64,000 bases of DNA. It comes from a virus. A program made the translations under genes and the position numbers. The stretch lies in IMG/VR virus record IMGVR_UViG_3300042321_002027, one strand, 5' to 3'. Positions 1 through 8,131 of the stretch are shown here, piece after piece; the first letter of the stretch is position 1; every line of letters begins with the position of its first letter. The notes under the pieces are model-generated. The model was not told the origin of the DNA and did not search any database. It saw nothing but the letters and a program-made list of their open reading frames with translations.

Positions 1-584
1 TTATGCCAATGACCAAACACCCAAAGTTCCGGCTGATGCATTTCAAACATCGCCTGTAATGCTTCACCAGTGCGCGTGTAGATCTGTTTGTTATCACCAA
101 GACCTAATCCCTTGCTAAGAAATATTTCCCAAGCGACTGATGTGGGACAGTCGTGTGTGATCATAACACGAGGTTTCAGCTGTACATACTGTTCAATAAT
201 TTTTTCGAACCTCTGTGAACTTACCTCTTCTCCTGGCCACCAATCGACCATAGGTGTACGATGTGCAAAGTCGATTGACCAAGCACCACCAACATACATC
301 ACATCGCCTTCAACCGTACCATCCTCGATATATCCAGGCATGGTCTTACACAGTTCCGGATCATCGTGATTACCACGAATGAAACGATGCTGTGGGTGTT
401 CTTTCTGCCACTCGATTTCTTTCTCGTGCCAAAACGGACTAAAGAAACCGATACCGAAGTCACCCACCTGAATAGAACGTTCGGGCTGAACAATTTGTCT
501 ACCACGAACGCCTGTGACAAGCGCGTAACTTCGGTAATCGTAGATATTACCGTGGATGTCGCCAATGATGCGTGTTAGCGCCAT
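1..584 (-). CDS. Calcineurin-like metallophosphoesterase (3' end runs off the window)
   Basis: Hand translation from ATG 584 gives MALTRIIGDIHG...QVGDFG...FIRGNHD...ITHDCP...VFGHWH, all five metallophosphoesterase motifs. Not in the ORF track because the stop lies outside the window. Confidence 0.9.
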   Translation of the reverse strand, partial: MALTRIIGDIHGNIYDYRSYALVTGVRGRQIVQPERSIQVGDFGIGFFSPFWHEKEIEWQKEHPQHRFIRGNHDDPELCKTMPGYIEDGTVEGDVMYVGGAWSIDFAHRTPMVDWWPGEEVSSQRFEKIIEQYVQLKPRVMITHDCPTSVAWEIFLSKGLGLGDNKQIYTRTGEALQAMFEMHQPELWVFGHWH

Positions 585-587
585 AAT

Positions 588-734
588 TTAGATCCTCTCG
601 ATAATGGGCTTTCCGACAATCCCCGCCTTGACTTCGCGAATATAAGCGAATGCGTCCTGCATCAACTTAAACTTCTTGGTCTTATCAACCAAGAAACCGT
701 TCTTGTCCTTAACAGTGTAGATTACCTTGAACAT
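588..734 (-). CDS. Small hypothetical protein (48 aa, MFKVIYTVKDKNG...)
   Basis: AAGGAG SD, own promoter copy at 759-787, clean ORF. Confidence 0.65.
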   Translation of the reverse strand: MFKVIYTVKDKNGFLVDKTKKFKLMQDAFAYIREVKAGIVGKPIIERI

Positions 735-793
735 TTCGCTCTCCTTATCTTAGGATTAAGTATAACGCCATCTGAATTTAAAGGCAAGTCTAT

Positions 794-1135
794 TTATTTG
801 CTCCAGTCCATCGCTGCCCAGTTACGATCTTCAAGTAACTCGACCTGATCAGGATACTTTTCTAGCAATTGCTGCCAGACAGGTGCTGTTGCCATACGCA
901 ATCCATAAGTGTCAACATAACAATTATATACAGAACCGGATGACCCGTAAAATTGCCAGCGATCAGTCGTAACGTCATAGACGCACTTATCAATACCACT
1001 GTTAAGACGCCAACTATCGCCGTTAAGATATCCGCCAGACCAACCACCAAGCACCTTATAGAATACTTGGCCCTCGTTTGTTATACGAATAATTACCCAA
1101 CTGTCTGGTGCATATTCAGCCATTACCAACCTCAC
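794..1135 (-). CDS. Conserved hypothetical phage protein (YAPDSWV...GWSGGYLNGDSWRLNSGI)
   Basis: Motif typical of T4-like phage hypothetical proteins; operon context. Confidence 0.7.
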   Translation of the reverse strand: MRLVMAEYAPDSWVIIRITNEGQVFYKVLGGWSGGYLNGDSWRLNSGIDKCVYDVTTDRWQFYGSSGSVYNCYVDTYGLRMATAPVWQQLLEKYPDQVELLEDRNWAAMDWSK

Positions 1136-1278
1136 TGACCAACATATTCGAACACATAGGTATACTTACCATCCGCCCATTCCTTCACCTTGATTACCTT
1201 CCAACGTTCGGAACGGAATTCATGCGCATACTTACGCTTGAGGTAAGACAGAGAACCAGAAACAACCAACTTATCCAT
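1132..1278 (-). CDS. Small hypothetical protein (48 aa)
   Basis: Downstream of promoter 1309-1336, GAAGGA SD; its stop overlaps the next start (GTGA). Confidence 0.55.
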   Translation of the reverse strand: MDKLVVSGSLSYLKRKYAHEFRSERWKVIKVKEWADGKYTYVFEYVGQ

Positions 1279-1355
1279 TAGATCTAATCCTTCATTTGCC
1301 ACAGTGTGATTATACTAGGTTTGGTATTAAAAGCAACCAAAAAGTGTGACCAACT

Positions 1356-1658
1356 TTACTTACAATGTTTACGCAGGAACTCAACGTAAATAGACCACAT
1401 GCACGCATCCTCGATCTCTTCATCGGTCAACGTGATCGCATGAGCCTGTGTCTTCAGCTGCTTTGACGGATCGACCAACTTGCTTTTAAAATAATCGCTC
1501 CACAAATCGCGAGTGAGCTCAAGCTGACGTTCTGTCGCATCGTGTTCTGTGTCGTCGACGGGCGACTGCTCGCCGTGGTAATAAAGGTAACACGCCCAGA
1601 GATATCGCTTCTCCGCCCAACGAACAGATGATACTAGTGCGGGATTATCGTTTGCCAT
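1356..1658 (-). CDS. Stand-alone protein resembling domain Ia (NAD-binding) of NAD-dependent DNA ligase
   Basis: YLYYHGEQSPVDDTEHDA resembles the YY-x-D/E-x-P-x-x-D-x-E-Y-D motif of LigA domain Ia; AAGGAG SD. Confidence 0.5.
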   Translation of the reverse strand: MANDNPALVSSVRWAEKRYLWACYLYYHGEQSPVDDTEHDATERQLELTRDLWSDYFKSKLVDPSKQLKTQAHAITLTDEEIEDACMWSIYVEFLRKHCK

Positions 1659-1659
1659 A

Positions 1660-1789
1660 ACCAATCTCCTTTACCAACTTTTATTTTAAGTAATTAGTCC
1701 AACCAAAAAGAGCTTCCACAAAAAGGAAAAAGATCCCAATCAGCAACATTATTTCAGCAAATGACATGACCAATCTCCTTTACCAACTT
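1660..1789 (-). repeat. 21-bp exact direct repeat (AAGTTGGTAAAGGAGATTGGT on minus) containing the RBS
   Basis: Identical at 1660-1680 and 1769-1789; each copy lies just before an ATG. Confidence 0.9.
1681..1767 (-). CDS. 28-aa single-TM peptide MSFAEIMLLIGIFFLFVEALFGWTNYLK
   Basis: Lies exactly between the two RBS repeats; hydrophobic. Confidence 0.6.
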   Translation of the reverse strand: MSFAEIMLLIGIFFLFVEALFGWTNYLK

Positions 1790-1791
1790 GA

Positions 1792-2436
1792 TCAAGCAGC
1801 TTTGAGCTGCCTGACCTGCTTCATCATACGTGCGCCGTGGGCGGGATACGCGATCACAGCCACCGACTTGTCCCAGCAAGCACGGCAATCACCGCACTTA
1901 CCAGCACGAGTGTACGCTTCGCACACCGTAGCAAGAGTGAACGTATCGGCGTACGGAATGACCGTAGAGCCGTGCTCGGCGTCAAACTCACCAACCATCG
2001 AGTCAGACGAATAGCGCACCGAAACGTTCGGCAATGCTTTCATACGCTCAAGGATCGGGCGGATCTTAGCAATCTTGTAGGACTTCGTCGGGAGCCAATG
2101 CTTGACCCACGGAGTTTGCTCCATCACCAGATAGATCTTGAACGCGAGAGCCGGATGATACACATCGCCGGAATCAAACCAGCGGAAGTGCGTCTGCTTC
2201 TTGAGAGCAGCCACCATATCCGCAACCCACGTTCCGCGCTTCCAGTCCTCACGATTGAAATCGCGCAGTGCCTTGGCATCGGGCATATGGTAAAACCCGT
2301 CCTTGGCGTAGCAACCAGCGCACACAGGCACTGGCTTCTTGGTCGCGGGATCAATCGAACCGGGACACGTAGATCCCGCCTCAAGCGACCACGTTTTGCA
2401 GGGCATCTTGCTAGGCTTAGACAACTTCACAGTCAT
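1792..2436 (-). CDS. GP88-family Cys-rich (radical-SAM-like) phage protein
   Basis: TCPGS...CAGCYA...FRWFDSGD...HWLPTK...CGDCRACW...YPAHG; own promoter at 2462-2490. Confidence 0.75.
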   Translation of the reverse strand: MTVKLSKPSKMPCKTWSLEAGSTCPGSIDPATKKPVPVCAGCYAKDGFYHMPDAKALRDFNREDWKRGTWVADMVAALKKQTHFRWFDSGDVYHPALAFKIYLVMEQTPWVKHWLPTKSYKIAKIRPILERMKALPNVSVRYSSDSMVGEFDAEHGSTVIPYADTFTLATVCEAYTRAGKCGDCRACWDKSVAVIAYPAHGARMMKQVRQLKAA

Positions 2437-2556
2437 GCGTCACTCCATCAGTTATGATCCCAATATACGGCTGGTTTGAATTAAAAACAAGCACAAAATT
2501 TCGCTTGCTGGAAATTCGGTTTGGGAGTAGTATGTGTGTATGATGAGGGATAGGAA

Positions 2557-2664
2557 ATGCGTAATCATGTAGCGAAAGAGTTGTGGTCCGGGAAATTCCG
2601 CAAGCAGGTAGTCCGTGACCGTAAGAAGTACTCGCGGAAGGCGAAACACAAAAAGGGATACTGA
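2557..2664 (+). CDS. 35-aa basic peptide, ArfA-like
   Basis: MRNHVAKELWSGKFRKQVVRDRKKYSRKAKHKKGY; promoter 2505-2533 and SD. Resembles the ArfA pattern N-x-x-A-x-L...F-R-x-x-V...Y-x-R-K-x-K-H. Confidence 0.55.
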   Translation: MRNHVAKELWSGKFRKQVVRDRKKYSRKAKHKKGY

Positions 2665-2665
2665 T

Positions 2666-2869
2666 ATGGCGGTTCATTTTGTTGGTTTCCGCGACTCAAC
2701 TCAGTTTCAGAGAGCAGTCGCTGTGTTCGGTCAGCCCGATTTTATCCATCGGCGTTGGGACGTTCGGGCGAAGCAGGAGATCGTCGGTTCGGACATTGTC
2801 GTATTCGCAACTGGTTCGGTTACCGATCGCGCATCTCACCCAAGCTTTGATGATAGTACTTGCTTTTAA
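2666..2869 (+). CDS. Hypothetical protein (MAVHFVGFRD...FGQPDFIHRRWD)
   Basis: ORF with SD; stop lies inside the next promoter. Confidence 0.7.
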   Translation: MAVHFVGFRDSTQFQRAVAVFGQPDFIHRRWDVRAKQEIVGSDIVVFATGSVTDRASHPSFDDSTCF

Positions 2870-2918
2870 TTCAAGTTACAGGTAGAGTAAGAATATGGTT
2901 GATGAAAGGGAAACGGAT

Positions 2919-3083
2919 ATGTCCTACGAATGGGGTCGCTACACTCTTACTGTTACCGATCTTCGCACTCAGAAGGTGGTGTTTACGCAAGAGTACAAGG
3001 GAATGTCGGGCCATGCGATGATGGACGAGACGTTTTCGCTCCGCCTTCAATATCCCAGCAAGCACTATCGTATCGACTGGTAA
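2919..3083 (+). CDS. Hypothetical early protein
   Basis: Promoter 2860 + SD. Confidence 0.65.
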   Translation: MSYEWGRYTLTVTDLRTQKVVFTQEYKGMSGHAMMDETFSLRLQYPSKHYRIDW

Positions 3084-3150
3084 ATGAGTGCTTGATTTTA
3101 AAACGTCCTGAGCGTAAGATGTCTCTATGATGATGAAACGGAGAAATGAA

Positions 3151-3390
3151 ATGGCTCGTGCTTCTGTCTCAATCAAGGCTCTTCCCACTCTTATGTTTGC
3201 TCGTGACTATCACGAGTTTGTCGACCTCAACGAGCAGTTCCGCTGCATTGGACTCTCGCTCAAGACCGATGAACTCGGATTTTCTGACTGTGAGGGACAG
3301 TACGTGGGTATCGTCTACTCTGGTCGCTATCCTTCTAAGGCAAAGATCGATGCTCTCCTTAAGAAGTTCGGTGTGAAATTTATGGATTGA
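3151..3390 (+). CDS. Hypothetical early protein
   Basis: Promoter 3092 + GGAG SD. Confidence 0.7.
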   Translation: MARASVSIKALPTLMFARDYHEFVDLNEQFRCIGLSLKTDELGFSDCEGQYVGIVYSGRYPSKAKIDALLKKFGVKFMD

Positions 3391-3460
3391 TTTTAAAACG
3401 TCCTCACGGTAATATGTGTTTATTGATTGATTGAACTGAAACAAACAAAGGAAAAGACAT

Positions 3461-4321
3461 ATGCCCAAGGGTGTTCCCGCCGCTGGTTTCCGCGCTCCGC
3501 GCTCCGGCACTGCTGCTGCTGACCGTTTGTCCGCTGTTAAGGTTTCTTACGCTCCGGAAAAGCGTGAGTCCGACGATCAGATCGAAAAGCGCATTGCTGA
3601 CCGTTTCGAAATTCTTGACGTTCTGACCGAAGCTACGACCTGCGGCAATTCCCGCGCTCTGATCGTTTCCGGTCCGGCTGGCCTCGGTAAGTCGTTCACG
3701 GTCGAGCAGCACCTTGCTAAGTGGGACCCGAATGAACTGCAGCACACGATCGTCAAGGGATACGTTCGCGCCACTGGTCTGGTAAAGCTTCTTTATCAGT
3801 TCCGCCACCCCAACAACGTCATCGTGTTTGATGACGCTGACGCAATCTTCTTCGATGACGTTTCCCTCAACTTGCTCAAGGCGGTTTGTGACACCACTGA
3901 GCGTCGTCGCGTTTCTTGGTTGTCCGAGGGTAAGCTGGTCGACGATGATTCCGCTGAACTGATCCCGCGCTCGTTTGACTTTGAGGGTTCGATCGTGTTC
4001 ATCACGAACTATGACTTTGACGCGATGATTGATAAGGGTCACAAGCTTGCACCGCACCTTCAGGCGTTGGTTTCTCGTAGCCATTATGTGGATTTGGCTA
4101 TGAAGTCCCGCCGCGACTACCTGATCCGTATCCGTCAGGTTATTCGCGATGGTCTTCTGGCTGATCTTACTTTTGAGCAGCGCTCGGATGTGATCACGTT
4201 TATCGAACAGAACCACGAGAACCTTCGTGAACTCTCCCTCCGGATGGCGATCAAGTTGGGTCACCTTCGGAAGCAGTCTGAAGATTGGAAGCGGATTGCG
4301 CGAGTGACGTGTTGTAAGTAA
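3461..4321 (+). CDS. AAA-family ATPase
   Basis: Walker A SGPAGLGKS, Walker B VIVFDDAD, sensor FITN; own promoter 3387. Confidence 0.85.
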   Translation: MPKGVPAAGFRAPRSGTAAADRLSAVKVSYAPEKRESDDQIEKRIADRFEILDVLTEATTCGNSRALIVSGPAGLGKSFTVEQHLAKWDPNELQHTIVKGYVRATGLVKLLYQFRHPNNVIVFDDADAIFFDDVSLNLLKAVCDTTERRRVSWLSEGKLVDDDSAELIPRSFDFEGSIVFITNYDFDAMIDKGHKLAPHLQALVSRSHYVDLAMKSRRDYLIRIRQVIRDGLLADLTFEQRSDVITFIEQNHENLRELSLRMAIKLGHLRKQSEDWKRIARVTCCK

Positions 4322-4685
4322 ACACTTTACCGTCTATCGTCTTCTGTCTACCTTTAAGGTGATGCGATAAGTTTTGTCTGGACATGTTTGGATATTTTCT
4401 TATCGCATCACCACCGCTCGCGAATAGTTCGCCTGTGGTAATACAATAAAGAGGCTTTGATCTAGGATGCTGTGCGCCGATCATGGTTGAAGGTTTGCCC
4501 TTCTTGGCGCGAGATATCGCTTCGCAATGCTTTTTGGAGTAAGGACCGGACTTATACGTTTTTCCCTTGTTCCAAGGAATCGCATTCCAGTTAGTCGCAA
4601 TTTTTTGTAAAGGTAAGTTATATACTTCGCTTAATTCCATTGGCTCTAGGCCAAGAGCGATACCGATCGGATCATAAATATCCAT
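4251..4685 (-). CDS. Homing-endonuclease-type DNA-binding protein (NUMOD3 + NUMOD1-like) with no recognisable nuclease domain
   Basis: PWNKGK, HCEAISRAKKGK, HPRSKPLYCITTGELFAS...; M-x-I-Y start with GGAG SD; no HNH or GIY-YIG motif seen. Confidence 0.6.
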   Translation of the reverse strand: MDIYDPIGIALGLEPMELSEVYNLPLQKIATNWNAIPWNKGKTYKSGPYSKKHCEAISRAKKGKPSTMIGAQHPRSKPLYCITTGELFASGGDAIRKYPNMSRQNLSHHLKGRQKTIDGKVFTYNTSLAQSASNLQTASEGDPT

Positions 4686-4772
4686 GCTGTGTCTCCGCGT
4701 AAAAGTTTTTAGACATAGAGTCCATGGGTATTGGCGTACCGCGATGGACATCTTATTTAGTGTTGGGCAACT

Positions 4773-4799
4773 GGGCGGGAGTAATCCCGCCTCTTTTTT
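4773..4799 (+). terminator. Rho-independent terminator
   Basis: GGGCGGGA-GTAA-TCCCGCCT followed by a T-tract. Confidence 0.8.
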
Positions 4800-4858
4800 C
4801 TCTTGTTTTTAATTCGATCCAAACGTAATATTACTATATTGATGATGAGGAGATGACT

Positions 4859-5311
4859 ATGGGTCTTGATATGTACTTTACCGCTCGCCGTTCTTTTTGG
4901 GATTTCAAGGATGATGGCGTTGGTGCTCGCCAGGTTTTGGCTTTGTTTCCTGAGTTGCCGGAAGAGATGGAAACTTCTGGTACATCCGTTTCGGCGCAGT
5001 TTGGTTATTGGCGTAAGGCGAATGCCATTCATAACTGGTTCGTGAAAAACGTACAGGGAGGCGAGGACGAGTGTAGGGAGCATCCGGTTTATCCTGAAGA
5101 CATTCAGCGGCTGCTGGATACGGTAAACAAGGTTTTGGCGGACACGTCAATGGCTCCGGTGCTGTTGCCGACGGCTGAGGGTTTCTTCTTCGGTGGTCAG
5201 GAATACAACGAGTGGTATTGGCGCGATATTGAGTATACGAAGCGTTTGCTCGAGCGTGCTCTTGATCCTAAGATGAAGGACTGGGATTTCTATTATCAGT
5301 CAAGCTGGTAA
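4859..5311 (+). CDS. Conserved phage protein (MGLDMY...YWRKANAIHNWFV...GFFFG...YQSSW)
   Basis: Widespread phage hypothetical motif; promoter 4803, GAGGAG SD. Confidence 0.8.
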   Translation: MGLDMYFTARRSFWDFKDDGVGARQVLALFPELPEEMETSGTSVSAQFGYWRKANAIHNWFVKNVQGGEDECREHPVYPEDIQRLLDTVNKVLADTSMAPVLLPTAEGFFFGGQEYNEWYWRDIEYTKRLLERALDPKMKDWDFYYQSSW

Positions 5312-5379
5312 TAAAGTCAAGGCTTGTTTTTAATTCGTTCTCGGCGTATACTACTCTTATGATGATGAAAGGGAAGCAA

Positions 5380-5796
5380 ATGGATACGATGCCCGCTGGA
5401 CGCTATTACGTTGGTGATCTGTGTTATGTTATGCATGATGTGTGGGACGAGGTTTGTGATCTGATGTTCCCGCATGGTGGTCGTGGTGTATATGGTAAGT
5501 TCAAGCTGAACGATGGGCGTGAGTTCGCCGTTCATCCTACTGCCTACGGCGACGGCACCTATCGTGACGATATGGGTCGCGAATATTCGGTTGACGCCGG
5601 AGTGATCGGTTGTATACTTGAGAGCGATATCCGTGATCCGGAAGGGTTTACTCGCGGCGGACAAGTGCTTGACTTCATTGCTGAGTTCGATACGTGGGAA
5701 GATCGCGGCGTAATCCGTTTCGGTGTTATTGCTATTGACACTGCTGGTAATGATGACGAAGACGAAGATTATTTCGATCAAGAGGAGATTGATTGA
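5380..5796 (+). CDS. Conserved phage protein (PAGRYYVGDLCYV...TAYGDG...VDAGVIG)
   Basis: Recognisable phage hypothetical motifs; promoter 5324. Confidence 0.75.
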   Translation: MDTMPAGRYYVGDLCYVMHDVWDEVCDLMFPHGGRGVYGKFKLNDGREFAVHPTAYGDGTYRDDMGREYSVDAGVIGCILESDIRDPEGFTRGGQVLDFIAEFDTWEDRGVIRFGVIAIDTAGNDDEDEDYFDQEEID

Positions 5797-5984
5797 TGGC
5801 TCGCTTTATTCAGTGGTCGTCTTTTGTATTGGCTGTTGTAGGTTTCTTCTTTCTAATTACCAGTGCTGTTATTACAGACGGTAAGCGGATTGCCTTTGTT
5901 GAGGCGTGTGAGACAATGGGTGGCGTTGCCATTATTGGCCTTTACGATACACAGGCTTGCATTAAGTCAGAGGTATTGAAGTGA
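5796..5984 (+). CDS. Small membrane protein
   Basis: N-terminal TM segment; overlapping stop/start. Confidence 0.55.
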   Translation: MARFIQWSSFVLAVVGFFFLITSAVITDGKRIAFVEACETMGGVAIIGLYDTQACIKSEVLK

Positions 5985-6199
5985 TATTGACAGTGAGGTA
6001 TAGGAACTATCTTTATGCAATACGCGATAGGTATGCTAAGTATATGCACATCCCGGAGTACTTTGACTACACTGGCGTCGTGCTTCCTAATCCGAAGTGG
6101 GTTAAGGACGACAGCTTTTGCCTTTCGAGTGGTGACGGGAAACTTGATTTCAGAATTCTTTCAAAAGAAAACGTAATATGTGGTTGGAGACATAACTGA
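5981..6199 (+). CDS. Hypothetical protein
   Basis: Coupled stop/start overlaps. Confidence 0.55.
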   Translation: MILTVRYRNYLYAIRDRYAKYMHIPEYFDYTGVVLPNPKWVKDDSFCLSSGDGKLDFRILSKENVICGWRHN

Positions 6200-6375
6200 T
6201 GCCTGGAGTTTATGTTCCGTCAGGAAAACTGACATGGGAAGAGAAGTTGGAGATCCGCAAACATGCGCTAGAGTGTGCGTGTAGGACATATCAAAATAGC
6301 GGAACCATAGCTGAAAATGTAATCAGTCGCGCTCAGTTGTTTGAAGAATATTTGATAGGTAAGAAGCATGACTGA
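6199..6375 (+). CDS. Hypothetical protein (58 aa, MPGVYVPSGK...)
   Basis: TGATG overlap with the upstream gene, GGAG SD. Confidence 0.5.
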   Translation: MPGVYVPSGKLTWEEKLEIRKHALECACRTYQNSGTIAENVISRAQLFEEYLIGKKHD

Positions 6376-6559
6376 GAACGAGCAGGTAAACAAGCTTATC
6401 GCCGCCTCTAAGGAGATTATCGCAAACGGATGCGGATGCGATCGTTTTTGCGAGAGTGTTCCGGTCTCGATCTCGTGCGGTTGTCAAGACGACGCCGAGC
6501 GTATTGTTAAGCTTACTATAGAAACCCTTTGGAATGGCGGAGATTTGCCTAATGTCTAA
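6368..6559 (+). CDS. Small Cys-rich protein
   Basis: CGCDRFC...CGC. Confidence 0.5.
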   Translation: MTENEQVNKLIAASKEIIANGCGCDRFCESVPVSISCGCQDDAERIVKLTIETLWNGGDLPNV

Positions 6560-6770
6560 GACTGATGCTCTTATTAAGATAATTGCTCTACTTATCACAC
6601 TGATCCTGCTGTCGTTGCTGCTGTCGTATCCGGTGATGTTGCTCTGGAATAGCTGCCTTGTCCCTGCAATCCCCGCTCTCGCGCCAGTCTCGTGGTTGCA
6701 GATGTTCGGCATTCAGGCGCTGCTGTCTATTCTAATTCCTAGGGCATCCGTTGATAGGAGTTCAAAGTGA
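6552..6770 (+). CDS. Small membrane protein
   Basis: Two hydrophobic segments. Confidence 0.6.
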   Translation: MSKTDALIKIIALLITLILLSLLLSYPVMLLWNSCLVPAIPALAPVSWLQMFGIQALLSILIPRASVDRSSK

Positions 6771-6882
6771 AGCTACTCTTCCTTTCGTCACTTCTGGTAG
6801 TTTCTACGCCAGTGACGTTCGCTGCTTTCGTTTTCCTTTCCACCTTCCTATGTACCCACTCACTTCTTAAGGAACTGACCCA

Positions 6883-7056
6883 ATGAATATCTACACTCAA
6901 ATCGCAATCCTCAGTCTCGTCGCTGGCGTGATAGGCTGTGTAATTGCCTTCGTCATTCCGTTTCCCTATGGCATTATACCTTCTATGCTGATCGGTGCGG
7001 CTGTAGGGCATTTCGGATATAATTTCTTTAATAAAAGTCGTGACCAAAAGTCGTGA
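6883..7056 (+). CDS. Small two-TM membrane protein
   Basis: MNIYTQIAILSLVAGVIGCVIAFVIPFPYGIIPSMLIGAAVG...; AAGGA SD. Confidence 0.55.
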   Translation: MNIYTQIAILSLVAGVIGCVIAFVIPFPYGIIPSMLIGAAVGHFGYNFFNKSRDQKS

Positions 7057-7117
7057 CCAACATGCGTGACCTACACACATTACCAACACACATGACCAAC
7101 GCGCGAGACCAACATGC
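7040..7117 (+). repeat. Six tandem degenerate 13-bp repeats (RTGACCAACANRC)
   Basis: gtgaccaaaagtc/gtgaccaacatgc/gtgacctacacac/attaccaacacac/atgaccaacgcgc/gagaccaacatgc. Confidence 0.85.
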
Positions 7118-7329
7118 CTGCACGAGTAACAGCTACTTCTATCCTATCAGGTAAAACAAGAACAATGGAACTCAAACTGTATGAGCAGGATGAGTTTGAA
7201 CGGCTGATGATTGCATATAAGGAAGGGAAAATAGCATCACTAGAGGAAGCGTTTCCACTACTGTCACCTAAAGCAATTGATTTTATAAAACATGGAGTGA
7301 TGCCTGGAGAATGGGATGACAATATTTGA
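7114..7329 (+). CDS. Hypothetical protein (SILSGKTRTMEL...FPLLSPKAIDFIKHGVMPGEW)
   Basis: ORF resembling a common small phage family. Confidence 0.65.
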   Translation: MPARVTATSILSGKTRTMELKLYEQDEFERLMIAYKEGKIASLEEAFPLLSPKAIDFIKHGVMPGEWDDNI

Positions 7330-7504
7330 TATTATTGCTATAATTTGTTTTGTTTGTTTCGTCGTCGTGGTGGTGCTGGTCGCTGATTGGGCGTGGTGAG
7401 TGGGTTAAAAAGGGAGGGGATTTAAACCCTCTAAAAAGAATGTGGTGTGTGATGTGGTGCGATGCTTTTGCCGCTGCCCGACGATGTGTTGCCATCTGCT
7501 GCGG

Positions 7505-7569
7505 CGATGTAATCCCATCCAATCCCATCGATGTCCGCGATTGGATCCCATCGATGTAATCCCATCCAA
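7505..7569. repeat. Nested direct repeats (18-bp CGATGTAATCCCATCCAA x2; ATCCCATC x4)
   Basis: 7505-7522 is identical to 7552-7569; ATCCCATCGATGT at 7522 and 7545. Confidence 0.8.
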
Positions 7570-7883
7570 ATCTCAGTGGCCCATTGAGGCTGAACTTTAC
7601 ATGATAGCCCCAGACCGAATTAAAGGCAAATGATCTTTTCGCTTGCTCTTAATTCGGGTCTGTCGTAAGATTAAGGTAGCGACTTGATTTTTCAGTTATC
7701 GCAGCCCAGAGTTCACCAACACAAACATCTAGGCGCTTGGGGCATCCCCGACCGATTCATTATCTGTTTTACGGTAAGACCGAATTTAAAACAACAACAA
7801 AATTCGCCGGCATCGTTCTGTTTTTTCGCTTGCGTTTAATTCGGGTTTGTCGTAGATTGGGAATATTGATAGGGAGATAACTG

Positions 7884-8087
7884 ATGTTTCTGATTAAGGT
7901 TCAGTATACAGCCTATAAGAATCCGCGTTGGGTACTCGTACATTCGGATTGCCCCGAGTACGTTAAGGCGATTCAAAAGTCCCGTAAGACCGCAACCCAG
8001 TTTCACACAAAGGCAGACGCCGAGCGCGTTGCCAGCCGGATAACTCCCTGGCATTCGCGGAAAGTTGAAGTTGTCGCTTGCGTTTAA
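7884..8087 (+). CDS. Hypothetical early cassette protein
   Basis: Promoter 7830 + GGGAG SD. Confidence 0.7.
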   Translation: MFLIKVQYTAYKNPRWVLVHSDCPEYVKAIQKSRKTATQFHTKADAERVASRITPWHSRKVEVVACV

Positions 8088-8131
8088 TTCGCTCCTGTGG
8101 TAGTATGAGAATATTGATAAGGAGATAGCTG

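Noticed and set aside
1640-1658. ORF starting MANDN resembling the tmRNA tag
   Set aside because: A four-residue match at an N-terminus with no tmRNA structure nearby; likely chance.
7040-7117. CRISPR-like array
   Set aside because: The 13-bp units are contiguous and degenerate with no unique spacers; no cas genes are seen.
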